A DNA stretch of 40,716 nt from Bifidobacteriaceae bacterium (GTDB lineage Bacteria; Actinomycetota; Actinomycetes; Actinomycetales; WQXJ01). How positions within the stretch are numbered: position 1 is the stretch's first letter; the number at the start of each line of letters is the position of its first letter. The stretch spans positions 1 to 40,716 of the forward strand of contig JAIRRT010000192.1 in NCBI GenBank assembly GCA_031255835.1, in the 5' to 3' direction. Below the pieces are notes generated by a model, which did not search any database, was not told the origin of the DNA, and was given only the letters and a program-made list of their open reading frames with translations. Shown piece after piece: positions 1 to 8,176 of the stretch. The translations under genes and the position numbers were made by a program.

Positions 1-2430
1 GCTGATCTGCCCGCCGTCCGCTGGCGCCACCCACGATTCCTGCGAAGGCGTCAGCGGGGCTGGGCCAGCGGCCTGGGTTACCGTCACCGACCTGCTCGTG
101 GTGCCGGCCGTCACCGTGAACGTCGCCTTGCGCGTTGCCGACGTCGGGTTGGGGCTGACGCTGAGCACAACATCACGGCCTGTCATGCCTTCCATGTCCG
201 ATGCCGTCAACCATGGTTCAGAGGTTGTAGCCGACCACAGCACCCGGTTTGTGCTCACCGAAAGCGAGACAGACCCGGCGGACGATGGCGCAGACCAGGT
301 GGTCCTTCCCAACGTCACCGTGGCTGTGGTTGCGGCCGCCTGGGTCACCGTGATGGTTCGGGTGACCTGGCCTGCCGAAAGGGTGATTGTGCCGACCCGG
401 CGAGCGCCGGTGTTGCGTTCGGCTACCCACTGGACCTCGTCATCGGACACTCCGCTTGTGGGCGTCATGGTCAACCAGTCCGAATCGCTGACTGCCGACC
501 AGCTTGACTGGTTGGTGGTGATCCGCGGGGTGGTCACCGATCCGGTCGAGACCGGCGCCCAGCTGAGCAGGGACGATGTGATTGTGGCAGCTGCCTGGGA
601 GACGGTCACGTCACGCGAAGCCGTGCCGGCTGGCCCTGTGGCCGTGACGGTGATCTTGCCGGACCGAGCCGCGCCTGGGTTGGGCGCCGCGGTGATCGCG
701 ATGGTCTGGCCGCTCGTGCCCACCGACGGGGTGACGCTCAACCAGCTTTCGCCCGATGCCGCCATCCAGTTCGCCTGGTTGGTGGTCACCGTCGCGCTGG
801 CAGATCCGCCGCCAACTGGCGCCGCCCACGTGATCCGCGACACGGTCACAGTGGGCCTCGGTGCAGCGGTCTGATTGACCGTCACCTGGCGCGTGAGGCT
901 CCCAGTCACTCCGACCACGGACACGGTGATGTGCCCGGTCCTGGCCGCCGCGACGTTGGCTGCCGCCGTGATCTGCATGTCCACACCAGTCCCGCCGCTT
1001 GCGGGGCTAACCGTCAGCCAGCTCGCGTCCGACGTTGCAGTCCAGCTTGCTTGGTTGGTGGTCACCCGCGACGTGGTGGTCGCTCCCCCAACCGCAGCCG
1101 ACCATGTTGTGCGCGACAGCGTGAGGGTTGGGCGTGGAGCTGTTGCCTGGGTAACTGTCAGCGTCCTGGTGGCTGTGCCGCCGGCCGAGACGGTCACCCT
1201 GGCCGTGCGGGTCGAGGATGGGTTGGGCTGTGCCTGAAGTTCAAACGACCCACCAGACGGACCGGACGTTGGTGTGACTGTCAGCCAACCTGCGTCCGAC
1301 GTTGCCGTCCAGTCAGCCTGGTTTGTTGTGACAGTCGCGCTGACCGATCCGCCTGCGCCTGGGGCTGACCATGTTGTCCTGGACACCGACACCGTTGGGG
1401 ACGGGCCCTGGGCGATATTGACCTGGGCTGTTGCAGCGCCTGAGGCGAAGGCGACGATCCCACTGCGCAGGGAGGTGCCTGGGTTGGCGCGTGCCGTCAA
1501 CATGACTGTGGCGCTGCCCGTGCCCGAGTTTGGCGAGGCAGTGACCCAGGCTGGCGTGCTTGTCACGCGCCAGGGCCGCCCGTTGGTGGTCAGGTTGACC
1601 GTGGTGGTCGAAGCCGAACCATATGGCGCCCAGAGTCCTGGCGTGACGCTCAGGGTATCGACCTCGAGTTGGCTGATCGACAACGTGGCGGACAACCCGC
1701 CACCGGTCACGGTGACCGCTCCGGTTCTGTTAGCACCTGTGCCGTTGGCGCTGACCGAGACCCGCACCTGTGTGCGGCCGGCGCTGCCGGCCGCTGGCGT
1801 GACACTGACCCACGCAGGCGCTGATGCGACGGTCCACGGCACGTTGGAGATGACCTCCACCGCTACAGCCTCGCCTTGACTGTCGGCCACGAAGGCCGTC
1901 CTGCTGAGCGACAAGTCGGCTGGCGCCTGGGCCACGGTCACTGTTTGGGTGTAGCCGCTGGCGGTAGTCAGCTCAATCGAACCGGTCCGGGCCTGGCCAT
2001 TGTTGGCTTGCGCACTGACGCTCACCTCTCCGCCAACGCCGCTGGTCGGTGAGACCGTCACCCAGGTGGGCGCAGAGACCAGAGTCCATGTGTTCCCGGC
2101 CAGCAAGCTCACGTGGAAGGTCTCCGAGCCACCTTGCGGTGGCAAGGTGATCGAGGCGGGGATGACCCTCATGGGCGGGCCGCTTTGCAGCACCGTGAGT
2201 GTGGCCGTCGCGTTTCCAGAACCAAACACCACCAAGCCGTCCCGTACTTGGTCATCGTTTTGCGTGACCGCAATCTGCACCGGTCCGCTCAGACCGGATG
2301 CTGGCGTGACGGTGATCCAATCTGGCGCAGAGACCAATGACCAGCTGCCATCAGTGCTGACGTTGACGGACAGTTGCTGTGCTGAATAGTCCGCCGTCCA
2401 CAGGGACCGTGACAATGCCAGTGTCTGCTC
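1..2430 (-). repeat. Coding tandem array of BACON/Ig-like domains of about 85-95 aa inside the protease gene. There are 9 complete copies and 1 partial copy here, plus one more upstream of the PPC-like domain at about 2790-3030.
   Basis: A recurring pattern is seen in the translated minus frame. Examples: TVSVSRTTWSAPGAGGSVSATVTTNQADWTATSDAGWLTVTPTSGPSGGSFELQAQPNPSSTRTARVTVS, TLTLSRTTWSAAVGGATTTSRVTTNQASWTATSDASWLTVSPASGGTGVDMQITAAANVAAARTGHITVS, and TVTVSRITWAAPVGGGSASATVTTNQANWMAASGESWLSVTPSVGTSGQTIAITAAPNPGAARSGKITVT. Assignment to the BACON family is from memory of the motif, not from an HMM search. Confidence 0.6.
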
Positions 2431-4608
2431 CCGCGTGACAGTTATTGTGTATGGCAGTTGCGTGGTGTTGTTCGCACTTTGCGAGAAGTGGCTAATCGCG
2501 ATGTAGTAGGTCTGACCGGCAGAAAGGGTGCGACGGATTTCGAACTGCCGGCCGCCTGCACTGTCGTCATCGAAGGTGATGGTGTTTCCCAGTGAGTCAT
2601 ACAGGGTTCCAAAAACGTCACCCGACGCGGCAGAAGTGAATGTCCATGCAGTCGAGTTCGGAGGAGTGAAGCGCCACCAGTCGACATCGTCGCCTCGCCC
2701 AAGCACACCGTCTACTCGTCCAGAACTGCCGTTGAACGCGAACTCGCAGGTGGTGTTTGGCGTGTCCAAACAGTCATCCAAGTACGCCTCCTGGTTGACC
2801 ACGATGGTCGCGGTCTCCGAGCCAGAGGTCACCGTGACGTGGCCCGTCCTGGAGCCACCCGGATAGGCCTGCGCTGTGATGCTCATCACGCGGCTGTCCG
2901 TGCCAACCTGGCTGGCCACAAGCCACGGGCTAGTGGACGTGATGCTCCACGGCGCACCGCCACTGTCCACAAAGACACGCCTTGTGGCGCCATATTCGGG
3001 CACATCCCAGAAGTCCTGGGAAAGGTTTAGGCCGAAGCGAGTGGATGCCATATCGACTCGCACCGTGGCAGATTCTTCAGCTATCTCCTCCACAGTGATC
3101 CGTAGCGCGCCAGTCTTGGAGAAGAACGTCTCACCCTCGTGGAAGAACATGTTCCCTGATTGGCTGTAATTGGCCGGGAACAGAACCACCATGTTGGGGT
3201 CATTCCTGTCCTGGTATGGCACATGGCGACTGATGGCGACTGACCGGCTCTCCACTGTGTCGTAGTAGTCAACCCAGTAGGTCACCGATCCGCCGTACGA
3301 ATTGTCGATGATCCTAAGCGCCTGCGGATCGTCTCGATCCGGCGTGCGGGCGGGGGTCAGAGTGTATCTGGCACCGTTTCTTGGACCCATCACAGTTGTG
3401 TAGCCGGAGCCGTCCTCGATGACGCCCTCCATGTACTTCTGTTCGCCCATGATCGAGTGCTCCATCCTGATGGTGGAGGAGCCCATGATGTTGTAGATGT
3501 TGCCGTAGTTGGAGACCGAACAGGCATCCGTTCCCGTTTTTTCTCCGTCCATATGGCCGGCTGGGCACTGCATGCTGCCTGAGTGAGCCAGACCGAAGTT
3601 GTGGCCCATCTCGTGCACAAACGTGGACAGCGGATAGGTAGGTGCTCCGGTGTCGGCGTTCGCGCCGACGATGGCGTGCAAGGAGCCGGGTGAGGCGAAG
3701 TTGGTCAGCAAGTAGCCGACTCCGGCGTATCCCGTATAGCAGGATCCTGTGTTCTCATCGCTGGGGGACAGGATCACAAGGTGTCGCTGTGCAGAGTTAT
3801 AGGTCCAGTTGTAGGCCTGTTGCCCATCCGCCCTGATCGCGTCGGTGGCTTCAGACTGGATTGTGGCCAAGGCTCCGGTGCAGTGGGCTTCGCTCTGAAC
3901 TGCCACGACGTCGTTCCAGTTGTAGCTGAACCCGGAGACCGCGCCGCGCGATTCTGTGCCCCACCACTGTGAGATGCCGTTGACGTATGCGTCGAGCTGG
4001 TTCTTGGACCAGAACACTCCTCGCCCGTCCTTCGACATAAACACGAAGTGCAGCGTGTGCTGATACGGGCCAGGCAAGTCGGCCATGGCATCGGCCGGCG
4101 ATTCGAGCACTGTGGCATCTTGCACACTGACCGGCTCATCGGAGTCGGCTAGGGCATCCAGCAGCACGGAGGCAACTTCCTCGGACTCGTCCAGGGGTGC
4201 GTCATCGGACACCTCAACTGCTGGGGCCTGGTCGATGTCCGCCAGGGCCTCGGGGGGCAACTCAGCGATCAGATCGCCCGGCACCTCCACAACGGCCTGG
4301 ATGATGTCGCCAGATGCGACTGAGGCATCGACGCTGTCAGATTCGACGTCGATGAACTGCTCGGAGCCGAACATGATCACGGCTTCGGAACTGTCGGGGA
4401 CAACAAGGAACTGGCCGGTCAAGGCGACATCTACGCCATCGGCCACCAGGTCATCCACAATGCCAGCTGCTGGTGGCGCGGCGGATTGCGCGGCCAACGC
4501 CGGCAGCCCGCCAATTCCGAGGGCGAGCGCCGCGGCGGCCATGATCGAGGGGATACGGAAAGCTTTCGACGCACCAAAACGCGTCAGGGAGCCAGGGACA
4601 TTCTTCAT
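1..4608 (-). CDS. Secreted multidomain zinc metalloprotease (metzincin HExxHxxGxxH) with a PPC-like domain and at least 10 BACON/Ig-like repeats. The C-terminus runs off the left window edge.
   Basis: The ORF is absent from the supplied track because it has no stop codon in the window. My manual reverse-complement translation from ATG 4608-4606 stays open in one frame down to position 1 (1536 codons). I checked for in-frame TTA/CTA/TCA over 1-100, 841-900, 1201-1280, 1861-1980, 2341-2460 and 2860-3330 and found none. The N-terminus MKNVPGSLTRFGASKAFRIPSIMAAAALALGIGGLPALAAQS looks like a Sec signal peptide. The zinc motif HEMGHNFGLAH lies at 3583-3615. A PPC-like segment DDVDWWRFTPPNSTAWTFTS...AGQTYYIAISHF lies at about 2480-2700. 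It is followed by repeats of the pattern W.A.SD..WLTVTP.SG. Confidence 0.8.
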   Translation of the reverse strand, partial: MKNVPGSLTRFGASKAFRIPSIMAAAALALGIGGLPALAAQSAAPPAAGIVDDLVADGVDVALTGQFLVVPDSSEAVIMFGSEQFIDVESDSVDASVASGDIIQAVVEVPGDLIAELPPEALADIDQAPAVEVSDDAPLDESEEVASVLLDALADSDEPVSVQDATVLESPADAMADLPGPYQHTLHFVFMSKDGRGVFWSKNQLDAYVNGISQWWGTESRGAVSGFSYNWNDVVAVQSEAHCTGALATIQSEATDAIRADGQQAYNWTYNSAQRHLVILSPSDENTGSCYTGYAGVGYLLTNFASPGSLHAIVGANADTGAPTYPLSTFVHEMGHNFGLAHSGSMQCPAGHMDGEKTGTDACSVSNYGNIYNIMGSSTIRMEHSIMGEQKYMEGVIEDGSGYTTVMGPRNGARYTLTPARTPDRDDPQALRIIDNSYGGSVTYWVDYYDTVESRSVAISRHVPYQDRNDPNMVVLFPANYSQSGNMFFHEGETFFSKTGALRITVEEIAEESATVRVDMASTRFGLNLSQDFWDVPEYGATRRVFVDSGGAPWSITSTSPWLVASQVGTDSRVMSITAQAYPGGSRTGHVTVTSGSETATIVVNQEAYLDDCLDTPNTTCEFAFNGSSGRVDGVLGRGDDVDWWRFTPPNSTAWTFTSAASGDVFGTLYDSLGNTITFDDDSAGGRQFEIRRTLSAGQTYYIAISHFSQSANNTTQLPYTITVTREQTLALSRSLWTADYSAQQLSVNVSTDGSWSLVSAPDWITVTPASGLSGPVQIAVTQNDDQVRDGLVVFGSGNATATLTVLQSGPPMRVIPASITLPPQGGSETFHVSLLAGNTWTLVSAPTWVTVSPTSGVGGEVSVSAQANNGQARTGSIELTTASGYTQTVTVAQAPADLSLSRTAFVADSQGEAVAVEVISNVPWTVASAPAWVSVTPAAGSAGRTQVRVSVSANGTGANRTGAVTVTGGGLSATLSISQLEVDTLSVTPGLWAPYGSASTTTVNLTTNGRPWRVTSTPAWVTASPNSGTGSATVMLTARANPGTSLRSGIVAFASGAATAQVNIAQGPSPTVSVSRTTWSAPGAGGSVSATVTTNQADWTATSDAGWLTVTPTSGPSGGSFELQAQPNPSSTRTARVTVSAGGTATRTLTVTQATAPRPTLTLSRTTWSAAVGGATTTSRVTTNQASWTATSDASWLTVSPASGGTGVDMQITAAANVAAARTGHITVSVVGVTGSLTRQVTVNQTAAPRPTVTVSRITWAAPVGGGSASATVTTNQANWMAASGESWLSVTPSVGTSGQTIAITAAPNPGAARSGKITVTATGPAGTASRDVTVSQAAATITSSLLSWAPVSTGSVTTPRITTNQSSWSAVSDSDWLTMTPTSGVSDDEVQWVAERNTGARRVGTITLSAGQVTRTITVTQAAATTATVTLGRTTWSAPSSAGSVSLSVSTNRVLWSATTSEPWLTASDMEGMTGRDVVLSVSPNPTSATRKATFTVTAGTTSRSVTVTQAAGPAPLTPSQESWVAPADGGQIS

Positions 4609-4901
4609 TTAGGGCACATCCAATATCTTTGGTAATCAGGTCTAGCCGCAGCGCGACGCCGCACTCGGTTAGGCGCATGAACCACCATCCTGGAACGCAG
4701 TTACGTCCCCGGCGGCAGTGCCCCGCCCCCCGAATGCCTGACGACATCCTCGCCGTCGGCCACGCACATGCTACCCGCCCAACCCCTCACAGCCCACACC
4801 CCCCGCCGTGCTCAACAAAGTGTGGTCCCGTGCTCACCCCCCAACGGCGGCCGCCCCAGGCGCCAGCGGGGGGTGAAAGGAGGGGTGGAAGGCGGGTGGA
4901 A

Positions 4902-6377
4902 CTAGATTAGGAGGAGTTCGTATAGGGGGGTTTGGTAGTAGCGATTTATTACGTAGACCAGGGAGATTACTAGCCATGCGACTGGCATGATTCGGACCAG
5001 GCGCATGTACCAGCGGCGGGTCATTTTGGCCAGGGCAGGCATGACGGGGAGTAGAAGCGGGAGGACTGGCAGGAAGTATCTGCCCTGCAGACCCCAGATG
5101 GTTGGCGCGCCGGGCTCGGAGCCGACAATGTACATACCCAGCGCGGTCACCCAAACGAATCCGACCGCCACCACCAGCAGGAACACTCGGGTGCGGCGGG
5201 GCAATACTGACAGCCGGCCGTGGTAGCACAGCAGGTAGGCGGCGGCGCAGATCAGGATCGGCACGGCCACACCCAGCGGCAAGGGAGTGTCCATGGCACC
5301 GAAGTTTCCGGCAAAGGAGATTATGTTGTCGTTGCCGCGCAGAGAGATGAATTCCCTGGTCATCAGCAAGAACGCCATCGCCGGGTGGTGAAGCAGGTAG
5401 GAGAACTGGAAGCTCGAATCGCGGCTGACGCCATCGTCGTAGCCGGCGGACAGGCCCTGGCTCGCCACATACAGCCAGCCCAAAGCACACATTCCGGCGA
5501 ACAGAATGATGCCGGCCTTGGCCGCCCAGCCGAAGCGCCTCAGCAGCCGGCCTGCCGGAACCACCAGCAGCGCACCCACGCACACAACCACGCCCGGTTT
5601 GGTCAGCGCCACCGCCCCGGCCAGGCCAGCCAGCCCGGCCACCTTGAGCCAACCGATTGGGCCACGCTCGGCGGTGCGGCGCAGATACAAGGCGAGGCTG
5701 ATGAACAGGGCGGACAGCCCAATCGACATGGCGTCCCCGCCCAGTACCGCTGATTGGGCCACCGCCATCGGCAACAACAGCAGCGCCGCCAGCCCCCACT
5801 GCTTGTCTCGCCACAGCCAAACCGCCAACACGCCCAGTGCCGTGCGGACTAGCAGGGTCAGCAGGCGGGCCAGCATGAAGATCCCACCTGGGCTCATATT
5901 GACGGTTTCCCCGACGATGACGGCCACCGCCTGGGGCAGGTGCGCTATCGGGGAATAACTCGAGGTGAGCGCCGTATTCACGACTTCCGTATCGTGCTTG
6001 TTCAGGGGGGTGTTGAACACCAAGTCTGCCGTTTGGGACAAGGAGGTCCTGACCGTCGGGTCCCAGTGGATCACCTTCCCCTCGGCATTCTTCTCACCCG
6101 TTTCCACCAGGCTCTTTGGGATCTCCACGACTGCTTGGCCATCGACCTTTTGAGAGATGAAGTGCCCATGGGCAACCTCGTAGGCGCGGTACATGTGGAC
6201 CGGCTCGTCCGGGGCGGCATTGATGGGCACGCAGACCGCGAACACCGTGCCGAACAGCAACGACACCGCGGCGTAGAACCAACACGGCCGGTTCCAGATC
6301 CGCCAGAACAGCCGTGTGGGCCGGGATGCGTGAGCTGGGGGCGCGGGGGGGTTGGTTGAGGCGGTTGGGGCGGTCAT
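4902..6377 (-). CDS. DUF2142-like polytopic membrane protein (predicted GT-C-like glycosyltransferase or polymer-modifying enzyme)
   Basis: The track ORF is 4902..6461 (GTG start). I prefer the internal ATG at 6377 (MTAPTASTNPP...), which is preceded by GGAGG. The sequence contains many hydrophobic helices. After the first TM helix the motif APDEPVHMYRAYEVAHGHF resembles the PDExxHxxRAY signature I associate with DUF2142. It is the last gene of the minus-strand sugar operon. Confidence 0.6.
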   Translation of the reverse strand: MTAPTASTNPPAPPAHASRPTRLFWRIWNRPCWFYAAVSLLFGTVFAVCVPINAAPDEPVHMYRAYEVAHGHFISQKVDGQAVVEIPKSLVETGEKNAEGKVIHWDPTVRTSLSQTADLVFNTPLNKHDTEVVNTALTSSYSPIAHLPQAVAVIVGETVNMSPGGIFMLARLLTLLVRTALGVLAVWLWRDKQWGLAALLLLPMAVAQSAVLGGDAMSIGLSALFISLALYLRRTAERGPIGWLKVAGLAGLAGAVALTKPGVVVCVGALLVVPAGRLLRRFGWAAKAGIILFAGMCALGWLYVASQGLSAGYDDGVSRDSSFQFSYLLHHPAMAFLLMTREFISLRGNDNIISFAGNFGAMDTPLPLGVAVPILICAAAYLLCYHGRLSVLPRRTRVFLLVVAVGFVWVTALGMYIVGSEPGAPTIWGLQGRYFLPVLPLLLPVMPALAKMTRRWYMRLVRIMPVAWLVISLVYVINRYYQTPLYELLLI

Positions 6378-6482
6378 GGCACAGCGGTCCTCCACATCGA
6401 GAAAGATACGCCCCAAAGCCACCTGAACGGCCCAGTGCTCAAGGCGACCGAACGCTAGCACACCCGCCCCCCACCAGGCAGG

Positions 6483-7202
6483 CTAGTTGCGGCGGGCTTG
6501 TTGCCACCATTCGGCTTGAGGTGCCAGGGCTGCTGGCATCGGCTCGGGTGGTTCGCACAGCGGCGCCCCGTCACCGCTCGGCGCGGGGGCGGCGGCGTAG
6601 CAGGATTCGAGGGTCTGGATCGCTTGGGGTGGGATGCCTTGGCGGGTCATGCCCACCTGGTTGGCGCCGTGGAGACGGGCGGGGTTGCCGTGGACCTTGG
6701 CGAATGGGGGGACATCGCGCGTGACCACTGAGCCTTGACCCACCATCGCGCCGGGGCCTATCACCCGGAACTGGTGCACCACTGCCGCCGCACCTACGTT
6801 CCCGGCCTGCCCAAGGCGCACGTGACCAGCCAAAATGGCCCCGAGAGCGCAAGTTACGCCATCGGACAGCTCGACATCGTGGGCAAGTTGGACGCGGGTC
6901 ATCAGGAAGCAGGAGCCGCCCACGCGAGTCTGGCGCCGCGACCCGCGCGAGATGGTCACCTGCTCGCGGATCACGTTGCCGTCGCCAATCACCACCCCGA
7001 ACTCCCCCGCCTGCTCAATCCAGTCCGCCGGGTGCGGGTAGCCGCGAATCTCCGGCAGCCCGCCGATGACGCACCCCGCCCCAATCCAGTTGTCTGACCC
7101 CAGCCGCGTGCCCGCCGCGATCACCGCCCACGGTCCAATGACATTGCCGTCACCCATCTGCACGCCATCGCCCACGATGGCGGTCGGGTGGACCGTGTTC
7201 AC
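6483..7202 (-). CDS. LpxA-family acyl-[ACP]--UDP-N-acetylglucosamine acyltransferase homologue (left-handed beta-helix plus LpxA-type C-terminal helical domain)
   Basis: The 239-aa ORF has a GTG start at 7202 that overlaps the stop of the upstream oxidoreductase (GTGA). Several motifs are co-linear with E. coli LpxA as I recall it. These are VHPTAIV at the N-terminus, IGDGNVIREQVTISRGS (LpxA: IGDRNRIRESVTIHRG), QLAHDVELSDG (LpxA catalytic-His context AHIAHDCTVG) and AILAGHVRLG...VHQFRVIGPGAMVGQGSVVTRDVPPF. The post-helix segment HGNPARLHGANQVGMTRQGIPPQAIQTLESCY matches LpxA G.N..GL.RRGFS.E.I..I..AY. Confidence 0.8.
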   Translation of the reverse strand: MNTVHPTAIVGDGVQMGDGNVIGPWAVIAAGTRLGSDNWIGAGCVIGGLPEIRGYPHPADWIEQAGEFGVVIGDGNVIREQVTISRGSRRQTRVGGSCFLMTRVQLAHDVELSDGVTCALGAILAGHVRLGQAGNVGAAAVVHQFRVIGPGAMVGQGSVVTRDVPPFAKVHGNPARLHGANQVGMTRQGIPPQAIQTLESCYAAAPAPSGDGAPLCEPPEPMPAALAPQAEWWQQARRN

Positions 7203-8176
7203 CGCTCGCCTTGGGTGGCCGCGGACAGGAGTTTGCCCACCACTTCATGGGGTGGGGCTATGGAGGCTCGCTCGGCCGCGGCATCGCCCTGGCCGGACAG
7301 GAGTTCCAAGAAGCGGTCCAGTTGGGCCGCGAGGGGCTCGCGGCTGGTGACCAGCTCGGGGATCTCGATTACGGCCTGCTGGCGGTAGCCCCGGCCGTCT
7401 GGCCCAATCGCCTCGCCGGCAACGTGCTGGTAGATGATGACATCGCGCAGCAGCAGGTCAATCTCGATGGACCGCTCGAGTTCATAGACCACCAGTTGGC
7501 GGACCTTGCGCTGAGCCAACCGGCTGGCCGAGACACTGGCAATGGCACCGGTGTCGAACTGGATGGTTGCCTCGACCACGTCCTCTGCGCCGACCGCTGA
7601 ATGGGGCGAGAACGCGCCCACCACGCCGCTGGCATCCACGGCCCGCCCGCCGGCAAACCGCAGCGCCAGATCGACATCGTGGATGGCCAAATCCCAGCCA
7701 ACCCCGGTGACTATCCGAGGCGCGTAGGGGGAATGCCGCACTGACCGCAGCGCAATGGGCGCCTTGACCAGCGGCAACGCCGTCACAACGGCCGGATTGA
7801 AACGCTCCAGCAGCCCGCACATCAACGGGATGTCACGCTGCCGCGACACCTCCAGCAGTTGGCGTGTCTGGTCAATCGACGCAGTCAGCGGCTTCTCAAC
7901 CAGCAGCGGCAGGCCGGCATCCAGGACGTGGCGAGCTACGGCATCGTGCGCGGGGGTGGGGGCGGCGATCACCACGCCATCCACGCCTGCCAGCGATCCG
8001 ACATCGCCGCGCCATGTCGTGTTCCACCGAGCGGCCAGCGCTTGGCCCACCGCCTGGTCCGGATCAACCACGCCAACCAGCCGCGCGTCGGGGTGCGTCG
8101 AGATCACGCGCGCATGCAGCGACCCCATCTGACCGGCCCCCACCAGGAGCAACGCGGCCGGCGCCCGCCCGGTCAT
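7199..8176 (-). CDS. Gfo/Idh/MocA-family NAD-dependent sugar-nucleotide dehydrogenase (GnnA/WbpB/WlbA-like)
   Basis: The track ORF is 7199..8449. I chose ATG 8176 (MTGRAPAALLLVGAGQMGSLHARV...) because it overlaps the stop of the upstream aminotransferase by 4 bp (ATGA), and because the upstream extension is Arg/Pro-rich junk. The sequence has a Rossmann motif VGAGQMG and the family-typical EKP motif in PLLVEKPLT. Confidence 0.8.
   Translation of the reverse strand: MTGRAPAALLLVGAGQMGSLHARVISTHPDARLVGVVDPDQAVGQALAARWNTTWRGDVGSLAGVDGVVIAAPTPAHDAVARHVLDAGLPLLVEKPLTASIDQTRQLLEVSRQRDIPLMCGLLERFNPAVVTALPLVKAPIALRSVRHSPYAPRIVTGVGWDLAIHDVDLALRFAGGRAVDASGVVGAFSPHSAVGAEDVVEATIQFDTGAIASVSASRLAQRKVRQLVVYELERSIEIDLLLRDVIIYQHVAGEAIGPDGRGYRQQAVIEIPELVTSREPLAAQLDRFLELLSGQGDAAAERASIAPPHEVVGKLLSAATQGER

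Noticed and set aside
98-4612. A chain of plus-strand ORFs (98-874, 875-1237, 1274-1879, 2000-2389, 2528-2866, 2876-3169, 4085-4612) whose translations are rich in V/T/A/S.
   Set aside because: They are antisense shadows of a single uninterrupted minus-strand reading frame (1-4608). That frame has a signal peptide, an HExxHxxGxxH zinc site and recognisable repeat domains. The plus-strand products are fragmented and have no recognisable motifs.
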